A stretch of 64,000 nucleotides of DNA from Naegleria gruberi. Lineage: Eukaryota. The DNA lies in the NCBI GenBank assembly GCA_000004985.1, contig GG738901.1. The stretch is one strand, 5' to 3'. Made by a program: the position numbers and the translations under genes. Below the pieces are notes generated by a model. The model had not been told where the DNA came from and did no database searches. It saw nothing but the letters and a program-made list of their open reading frames with translations. Positions 57,130 to 64,000 of the stretch are shown piece after piece; within the stretch, counting starts at the first letter, position 1; every line of letters begins with the position of its first letter.

Positions 57130-57420
57130 TTGATGAACTTTGGGCATTACAGAAAAAAAATGCAATTATTTCTCAAACTCCTTTCGGGAAGGACCCTCAC
57201 TGTCGAGTTTGAATCGAGTGATTTGGTGGAAGATGTAAAGAAACAAATTGCAAATTTATTAAATGATGATAAACTTACTTCGGAGAAATTGAGTTTATTT
57301 TTTCAAAACAATGAAATGGAGGATGGAAGGGTGATTTCGGATTATAATATTCAGAAAGAACTCAATTCTTTTGTGGTTAAATTAAAAACAAATGCAGGAT
57401 TCAAAGATTATAAATTTTAA
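57130..57420 (+). CDS. Divergent ubiquitin-like (UBL) protein, no C-terminal Gly-Gly
   Basis: [34 protein letters not shown]...[31 protein letters not shown] aligns by eye with ubiquitin ([30 protein letters not shown]...[34 protein letters not shown]). It ends ...NAGFKDYKF. The true start may be the internal MQLF at 57160. Confidence 0.6.
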   Translation: [96 protein letters not shown]

Positions 57421-57711
57421 TTTTTTAATTTTTTTGTAATTGACCATTTTTGGAAGTAAATTTTTTTCTTCAGGTTCAATAATTTCAAGTACTTTATTTT
57501 CATTAAAAACAACACAAGACCATAATTTCTGTACTGTTTTACCAACCAATCTCAATTGTTTTTAAGGAGAGTTTGATTTGCACCGATTGGTTTCTTCATA
57601 CTTACCTTGAAGGACATTTCAGTGATCATGCAGACTGAAATGTGACTCTGGAAACTCTCCTCCTTGCACTCTGAGGATGAGTCCAGAATTTGGTCAATGA
57701 TCAAAGTGATT

Positions 57712-57775
57712 GTTGCCCTCCTTCTCAATTTTTTTCCTGTGAGGACTCATCTGGTATGATTTCTCGCTCTATTCA
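57712..57775 (+). repeat. Short conserved element (~60 nt), copy 2
   Basis: TTGCCCTCCTTCTCAATTTTTTTCCTGTGAGGACTCATCTGGTATGATTTCTCGCTCTATT. It is paired with the 900-962 (-) copy and sits immediately downstream of a structured inverted-repeat region at 57560-57665. Confidence 0.6.
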
Positions 57776-57872
57776 GTAATTGAAACTTTAGGTCATTAAC
57801 TCTGATATTTAATCTATCAATCAAGAAATATCAGATTTGCATTTGAAAGGTTGAAAGTGTTAATACTCCAAT

Positions 57873-59312
57873 TTATTTCTTAATATAATATTGAGAATCG
57901 GAAGAGTTTGCTGATGGCACTGGTGGATTATATGTTCTGGAAAAGAATGTTCCATCGACAGTGTTAATTACTTGTTGAAAGATTGTTCCCTGAGTGAGAA
58001 CATTTTTCTTAGAAAGACATGAGAGGCAATACTCTAACATGTGATTTGGAATGTTTGGTTTTGGAGAGTGTTTGAATAGGTATTTGGTTAATTGTTTCTT
58101 TTTCAAATCAATTTTGGTGTCTTCCTGATTAAACCAATCAGTGTCTCCTTGAACAATGATTCTTCTTCTGGCCTGTGTTTCCAATTCAATTGATCCATCA
58201 TCATGAGTTGTTGATTCCTTGTGGAGGAGTAATGATTGTTCCTCACTACTTCTTCCTCTACTTATCAATGTGGCATTATCCCCAGAACAGACTAAAATAT
58301 ATGAGGCACTATTGGTCCTACTTGTTCTGATATATTCCAGTGCGTCCTTGTACTTTTCACATTTTTCCATGACTTCTCTGAGAAGAAATTCAGTATTCCA
58401 AAATGCAAGAATGGTTCCAAACCAGCTTGCAACATCACCTAAAAATCCCTCCTCAACTGTTCTCAAGCTGTAGGAGAATGAGTAACTACTCCTTTGTGTG
58501 AATTGTGAAAATCTTAAACCATTAGAAACGCCAACCAGTGGTAAAAAGGTAGTTGTTTTGAATATTAATCTACCATCCTTAATAAAATCAATATCCACTG
58601 TCAATAATCTCAATATCTTGGCTAAATTGTGTTCATAATTACTATGTCTCAATTGAAAAACACCATCTTCATTAATTTCACTAAATGCCACACTGCTATT
58701 CACACCAAAATCATTATACGAAATATTAAACTGATAAATTAAATCATAAGTTAACCCATATCTATTTGTAATATCAGCAATTCCCCACATTTCTTGCTCC
58801 AAATCATCAGGTGTGTAAATTTGTGAAATAATATCAGTCATACTAGGTGCAAACGAATCAGAATCGTCTTGATATACATTTGTTAGATATTTTGCTAAAA
58901 GTTTCAATGGTTCAATCATATCCATCACAATATGTTTCCATCTCTTTTTAGCATCCATATTTAAATTAACAACATATTTAGGAATAGGTTTAAAATAATC
59001 AACATGTTGTAAATAGTCAACATTCGGCTGGTCTTGTTGATTGATATGTTCCTCTATTTCTTCTTTTTGTTTGTTTTTTAATGTCGCTTTAGATGATTGG
59101 TTTTGTTTTGTCTCAACTTGTTTTACCAGATGAATAGTTTCGTATTCTTCTTCATCTTGTTTAGTTTCGTTACTTGCTCGGAGTGGATCACTTGTTGTAT
59201 GTAACGTTTCCGAATCATCATGATCTTCAGCAGAACCAACATTCATGAGTGGATGAGAGTTTGTTGTTTGTTCTTCCATTTTTTTGATTGTAATTTTCGT
59301 GTTTCCTGTCAT
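57873..59312 (-). CDS. Hypothetical protein (479 aa), acidic N-terminus
   Basis: Uninterrupted ORF with coding-like composition. No recognised motif. Confidence 0.45.
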   Translation of the reverse strand: MTGNTKITIKKMEEQTTNSHPLMNVGSAEDHDDSETLHTTSDPLRASNETKQDEEEYETIHLVKQVETKQNQSSKATLKNKQKEEIEEHINQQDQPNVDYLQHVDYFKPIPKYVVNLNMDAKKRWKHIVMDMIEPLKLLAKYLTNVYQDDSDSFAPSMTDIISQIYTPDDLEQEMWGIADITNRYGLTYDLIYQFNISYNDFGVNSSVAFSEINEDGVFQLRHSNYEHNLAKILRLLTVDIDFIKDGRLIFKTTTFLPLVGVSNGLRFSQFTQRSSYSFSYSLRTVEEGFLGDVASWFGTILAFWNTEFLLREVMEKCEKYKDALEYIRTSRTNSASYILVCSGDNATLISRGRSSEEQSLLLHKESTTHDDGSIELETQARRRIIVQGDTDWFNQEDTKIDLKKKQLTKYLFKHSPKPNIPNHMLEYCLSCLSKKNVLTQGTIFQQVINTVDGTFFSRTYNPPVPSANSSDSQYYIKK

Positions 59313-59441
59313 TGGATACTTTCTAATCTAAAAACTTATTCGGACATTTTCCTCTCAAATGATTCGTCCAAAACAACAAAAAGAAACATATTTGAAATAA
59401 TAACAAATTGAAAAACTCAAATTATTTGAAATGTTGTAAGT

Positions 59442-62228
59442 TTAATGAAGAGAAAAACCTTGTGAACCATATCGAATAGCTTTTCCAAATCTTTCTTTCA
59501 TAATTTCCTTTGATTCATATGGTGGAATATCAATTCTATTGAGACATGTGTGAGCAACAGGTAAATGATCAGTCGACACATTTCTTAATAAACATAAAGT
59601 GAATGGAGGTGTCAATCCTTCAAATCCATCACTTGGTAAACATGATGTTCCTGTTGAAAATTGTAAAAGTTGAGCAATTTGTGTTTGCGAATATCCTTCA
59701 ATCATTTCCCAGAAATATTGAACTGTTGGATGATCTGTATCAAATCCTCCTTCATATGAAATATTGTCCTTCCATTGGGAAATTGAAACTTCCCTACTAC
59801 CACACAATAAAAGTTCCAATTCAGTCTCGCTAAATATAGTTAAAAATTCTGGAGGTAACACTTCGTAAATTCCTTCAAGCATTTTTTCGACTTGTGGTCG
59901 AACTGATTCTACCAGTTTCCATTTGGAATATGCCTCAACAAATTCATGTTTGTTTCCATCATTTACTTCAATTTCTGCTCCATTAAAACAAAGTTCGTAA
60001 ACATTATTCTCACCAAAATCATTCAAATCGGCAGTGAAAGTCATTTCCATAATATTTTCAATATCCTCCAAGAGGAGAAGCTTTTTCAAGGAGAGGTACA
60101 TGGTTGGATCGACGGCTTCCAAATCTTCAAACATGACAGGTTTTCCAGCCATAAGTTTGAAAATTACTTTTGTGAAATGAGTATCCATAATCTTGTTATC
60201 AGAAATTGCTTTACCTATCAACTTGCCAATGAATTGGAAATATTGTAAGTGATCTCCATTGACAGCTGAAGCAGGATTTGGATGGTAGGTGTTATTAGGA
60301 CCTGTTTTGATGAAAAGTGCATTATTTGGATTGAGAATTTGTTGGGAAAGTAAATGATAAAATTCTCTTGTTACTCCACCAACATCAAATCCTTCTTCAC
60401 CAGCAAAATATACAAACATTGGCCTCAATAAATCGGCACCTTTGAGGACTGAGAAGTTTTTACAAGCATCAAATACCAATTGGTCTCTTCTGACCATTAC
60501 AACAGTTGGTTGTAATAATCCATCACCTTTGAGAGCTTTCAGCTTTTTGTAGAATAAGTCTTTTCTCGTTTCGTAATCCATCTCACGTTCATCGTCTGTA
60601 TAAATACATGAAAATGATTCTACAGCTCCAATTGGAGTCATTGATAAGGTGGAAATGGCCTTCAGTCTCTCTTCAATAGTTTGGACAGTATTTGGAACAA
60701 TGGAGAGTTCAAAATAGATATTTCTATCTGACAGATCTTGATTGTCTTTCACAAGTCTGACTTCATTATTCTTTGTAATGTAGTAAATATCCTCGATAAT
60801 ATCCACATCAGAGCCAAGACTTTCATCATCTTGTTGCTGTTTGAGATATTTAATTGTTTTTTCTATTTGATCGTCCAGAGTTTTGCACTCGTCCAAGTAC
60901 TTGTGTTTTTGAAGATCTTCAATTACCTCAGCAACTTTAGTCACTGGATAGAAAAGGATATCAACCAAGTAATTGAATAATTCTTCATAGTTCATGTAGG
61001 CAGGACGTGAAGCTCCATTTTTCAAGTTCAATGAGAAAACAGAACTAATATCAATAAATTTGACAAACATTCCCGAGGAGAAGTATAGTTTCTTTGTCTT
61101 TGCATCTACTGAAAGATTAGAAGCATCCAATATAGTTTCCTGAGGAATTGTATGAACAAGAGTTATTTCATAAGTATCATAAAATTCAAATTGTCTCTTA
61201 TCCTTATTCCAGCCAACAATATATGAAGAATCTTCATCTATTTCAAATATACAAAATTGAGTTATTCCAACTATTGGTGGATTAACCTTATTAGTTTCAG
61301 TATTGTAAGAATAAATATTTTGTGGTTGACTAATGTAAATATTTGAACCAACTTTGTAAAAGTAGTGTGAATACTCCCGACAACTATGAACTTTGATACA
61401 TTCGAGAGATGAAATATCCCACATTCTCACTGTACAATCAGCACCTGAAGTATAGAGTATACCTTCAGAATGTTCATAAAACATATCTTCTACTTTTTTA
61501 ACGTGTCCATTGAGTTTAGCAATTTTCTTTCCCGTTTTCAATTCATATACTGATATCGAGCTGTCATATCCAGAACAAAACAGGTAATCACTACTAACAG
61601 CCAAACATGTTATCCAATTTTCATTGGAATCAAATACTTGTTTACATGTTTGAGTTTCAATATCCCAAACACGAACAGTTCTATCATATGAACCAGAATA
61701 TAATAAATTATTTTTCATATCAATCTTTAGGCAAGTGACAGCTTTCGTGTGTCCTTGGAACAATTTTATGCATTCTCCTGTTTCCTTGTCCCAGCAACAA
61801 ATGTTTTTATCCAAAGAACTTGTCCATATGCGATTATTTTCAACCTTGATGCATGTAATTTTATAGAAATGTTTAAATTTCTTATAATCTTTCAATGATC
61901 TAGGTATCAATGGTTCTGTTCTTTTTTCCTTCCTCACAAAGGATCCAATAGAAGTCAATTGATATTCCTCATCCTCCAATGAATCATTACTAGTATCCTG
62001 CTGTACATTATCGAATGAAGTTCTCATCGTCGACGACTCTGATGACTGTGTTTTAGTACTATCCGATAAATTACTAGTGAATGCTCGCAGTGTTGCTGAT
62101 GTGGTTGGTGTGAGTGTTGTTGGTTTGAAGAGTTTTAGAAGAAAATTCTTCTTTTGTCTCACTTCGGGTGATGATCCCTCCATCATTTCTGCAAAATCAT
62201 TAAAAACTTGAATGTCTAATAGATTCAA
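59442..62228 (-). CDS. HECT-type E3 ubiquitin ligase with N-terminal WD40 repeats
   Basis: The N-terminal half has WD40 units (ICCWDKETGECIKLFQGHTKAVTCLKI...YSGSYDRTVRVWDIETQ; TSGADCTVRMWDISS). The C-terminus has a HECT domain with the catalytic Cys (LPVAHTCLNRIDIPPYESKEIMKERFGKAIRYGSQGFSLH). A 5' exon may lie upstream at about 62340-62400, but I could not make the phases fit. Confidence 0.75.
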   Translation of the reverse strand: MNLLDIQVFNDFAEMMEGSSPEVRQKKNFLLKLFKPTTLTPTTSATLRAFTSNLSDSTKTQSSESSTMRTSFDNVQQDTSNDSLEDEEYQLTSIGSFVRKEKRTEPLIPRSLKDYKKFKHFYKITCIKVENNRIWTSSLDKNICCWDKETGECIKLFQGHTKAVTCLKIDMKNNLLYSGSYDRTVRVWDIETQTCKQVFDSNENWITCLAVSSDYLFCSGYDSSISVYELKTGKKIAKLNGHVKKVEDMFYEHSEGILYTSGADCTVRMWDISSLECIKVHSCREYSHYFYKVGSNIYISQPQNIYSYNTETNKVNPPIVGITQFCIFEIDEDSSYIVGWNKDKRQFEFYDTYEITLVHTIPQETILDASNLSVDAKTKKLYFSSGMFVKFIDISSVFSLNLKNGASRPAYMNYEELFNYLVDILFYPVTKVAEVIEDLQKHKYLDECKTLDDQIEKTIKYLKQQQDDESLGSDVDIIEDIYYITKNNEVRLVKDNQDLSDRNIYFELSIVPNTVQTIEERLKAISTLSMTPIGAVESFSCIYTDDEREMDYETRKDLFYKKLKALKGDGLLQPTVVMVRRDQLVFDACKNFSVLKGADLLRPMFVYFAGEEGFDVGGVTREFYHLLSQQILNPNNALFIKTGPNNTYHPNPASAVNGDHLQYFQFIGKLIGKAISDNKIMDTHFTKVIFKLMAGKPVMFEDLEAVDPTMYLSLKKLLLLEDIENIMEMTFTADLNDFGENNVYELCFNGAEIEVNDGNKHEFVEAYSKWKLVESVRPQVEKMLEGIYEVLPPEFLTIFSETELELLLCGSREVSISQWKDNISYEGGFDTDHPTVQYFWEMIEGYSQTQIAQLLQFSTGTSCLPSDGFEGLTPPFTLCLLRNVSTDHLPVAHTCLNRIDIPPYESKEIMKERFGKAIRYGSQGFSLH

Positions 62229-63289
62229 GTAATTGTTTGATGATCAAAGATGATGATCATCATTAACAATGATATAAAATCACAAATATTCAACAACCAC
62301 CATAATTGACAAGTTGATATTATTATTGTTGTGATGGGATATGTGTTATTACTTACCATCGCCAGTTTCATTTCTACCACTTGGTGATTGTCCCATCCTT
62401 CTTCAATCAAACACATACAGTGTAATATCTGTGTTATTGTTATTGTCTATTACTGATAAAGATTGTGTTCACCACCACTTGACGTTTTAAAAATCCCGAA
62501 TGGTCCAGGAAGCTGCTGAGAGAATGAAAACAGTTGTCTGTTTTTTTTGAAAATAGGTTTAATGTGCTGCATTTTCCGTTGCTAATGTTAATGCAGCTTT
62601 TTTATCTCTTGATCGAATTGGATGGATTGAGGCTTTTGGAAAATTGTTTCTGAAGGTTTTGGAAATGAAGTTTGTTATCTCAAAATTGATGACTGACTTA
62701 ATTGGAAGGATTGAGTGTAAAGAAATTCTCAATTTGAAATCAAGATTGGCTTGAGAGTACTCTAAAGAAGAATGATCATAATAATGTACATTGGCAGTGA
62801 ATGCTGGAATGTTTTACAAAATCAAATTAAACGGTTTAGAACTCTGGACGACTTTCCAAATTAGCAATTAACTGCATTTAGCATTTGCAATAGTGATTGA
62901 GGGATATCCCTTGGTTGAATAATATTGAGCAAGATCTTGTTTACAACAACTGTGATAATATTCTAACTGATCACCAACCAATTGTAGAGTTCTTTCGATG
63001 AGATAGGTTTCTCTGAATTTGCAGGTAATTAAAGTATCAAACAATGTCAATATAATGGAGAATCAAACTCTTACACAGTTGTTACTGATACCATAGACTT
63101 CAAAACAACATTTTTGATTGAGTAAGTGCATGGGTAAGGTTTATAAACCAACAAGACACGTTTGAAATGCTGAGACACGTTTCTTCACTTAAGTTATTAA
63201 ACAACACGTGTTTGGGATTTTGTGTTCCTTTTATTAATTATGATAAAAATAAAAATAGACAATTACCAAATTTCCAATACACAAAAAAA

Positions 63290-64000
63290 ATGTCATCAAA
63301 AGTTTTACTCATCACCTTTATTGCCTTGATTTTTAGCATCACTCTATCAACACAACAGGGTTCCAATATCGGAAATGATGCCATTCACTTAACACAGATA
63401 AAATCGATAACACTTTACAAGAATGCATGGACAACAGCGAGAAGATCTCATCCAGTCCCACAATTAAAATGTATTAGCAAACCAGATAATTACGAACCTG
63501 ATCAGGTTGAATGTAGTTATGAAGGTAATGGATGGAGGTGTAATGCCAAATTGCGATCAAATTATAAATTTGGTAAAATGAATGTTAATTGTGAAGGTTA
63601 CAGATATTCGGGTGATGATCTTGTATTGAAGGGAAGTTGTGGATTAGAATATACATTGGAGTATAATCAAAAACCACAGTCAAATCAACAACAACAACAC
63701 TACAGACATGAACCTATTCCTTCAAATCCTAGCTCTCTAGGATCCTTTTGGATTGTAATAATTGTACTGGTTGTTATTGGCTGTATTTGGTTGTCCAAAC
63801 AAAATTCATCATCAACAATTCAAAGTAATAATCAACAACCTTATCCTTCCATGTATCCAGATGTAAACCCAAATTATAATCCAGATCTTCACCAAACATT
63901 CGTTCCTTCCAGTTCCTCATCCCAAACCTCATCCACTATTCCTACTTTTTTAGCAGGTGCAGCAGCCGGTTATGCAGCTTCATCTCTTTATAATTCACAA
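63290..64000 (+). CDS. SARAF/TMEM66-like single-pass membrane protein (partial, runs off window end)
   Basis: MSSKVLLITFIALIFSITLS is a signal peptide. IHLTQIKSITLYKNAWTTARRSHPVPQLKCI...YKFGKMNVNCEGYRYSGDDLVLKGSCGLEYTLEY matches the conserved SARAF luminal domain (LKC...FGK..V.CEGY......VL.GSCGLEY.L.Y). A TM helix SFWIVIIVLVVIGCIWL follows. Confidence 0.6.
   Translation, partial: MSSKVLLITFIALIFSITLSTQQGSNIGNDAIHLTQIKSITLYKNAWTTARRSHPVPQLKCISKPDNYEPDQVECSYEGNGWRCNAKLRSNYKFGKMNVNCEGYRYSGDDLVLKGSCGLEYTLEYNQKPQSNQQQQHYRHEPIPSNPSSLGSFWIVIIVLVVIGCIWLSKQNSSSTIQSNNQQPYPSMYPDVNPNYNPDLHQTFVPSSSSSQTSSTIPTFLAGAAAGYAASSLYNSQ

Noticed and set aside
62225-62416. 63-aa ORF upstream of the WD40-HECT gene as a possible first exon
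   Set aside because: It ends at a good GTAAGT donor, but I could not find an acceptor that joins in phase to the main ORF. It may be a 5'-UTR intron or unrelated. I recorded it only as a note.
1-64000. CRISPR arrays, restriction-modification, toxin-antitoxin or other prokaryotic defence or operon systems
   Set aside because: The window is eukaryotic, with spliceosomal introns, a CaaX Rho, eIF4E, HECT, calpain and Pol III 5S genes. There are no direct-repeat/spacer arrays and no operon-like co-oriented short-gap gene runs. The only tandem repeats are codon microsatellites and the 33-nt coding repeat.

Overview
This window is eukaryotic nuclear DNA, not prokaryotic. It is AT-rich (roughly 30-33% GC by eye) and gene-dense, with genes on both strands. 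Introns are short (about 45-90 nt) with GT...AG ends. Many proteins carry N/Q/S-rich low-complexity runs, and (CAA)n and (AAT)n microsatellites are common. The gene content and style suggest an early-diverging fungus (Mucoromycota or Glomeromycota-like) or an amoebozoan; I cannot assign a species from sequence alone. I support about 30 protein-coding genes. They include an aldo-keto reductase, a GST, eIF4E, an atypical Rho GTPase, an MROH1-like HEAT-repeat protein and an HADHB-like thiolase. There are also a membrane-anchored cyclophilin, a calpain, two alpha/beta hydrolases, a WD40-HECT E3 ligase, a ubiquitin-like protein, an ALKBH7-like oxygenase and an APP1-like phosphatidate phosphatase. 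MORN, SAP, SAM, RGS, TPR and F-box/ankyrin proteins and a SARAF-like protein complete the set. Two near-identical 5S rRNA genes lie about 3.5 kb apart. There is a roughly 240-bp dispersed repeat family with three copies, and a second short conserved element with two copies. I found no CRISPR array, operon or prokaryotic defence system. The most unusual things I can support are: (a) a prolyl-4-hydroxylase-like 2OG-Fe(II) oxygenase fused to a canonical F-box and an extra C-terminal domain, lying in a 15-kb stretch that also holds two other F-box-like proteins and a second 2OG oxygenase; (b) a small ORF of seven 11-residue tandem repeats ([KQ]IQIVDNWPD[YF]K) that appears to be under protein-level selection; (c) the unclassified dispersed repeats, one copy sitting just upstream of a 5S gene; (d) a nested inverted-repeat candidate ncRNA near 57.6 kb. 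All family assignments are from motif recognition by eye and have not been searched against any database.
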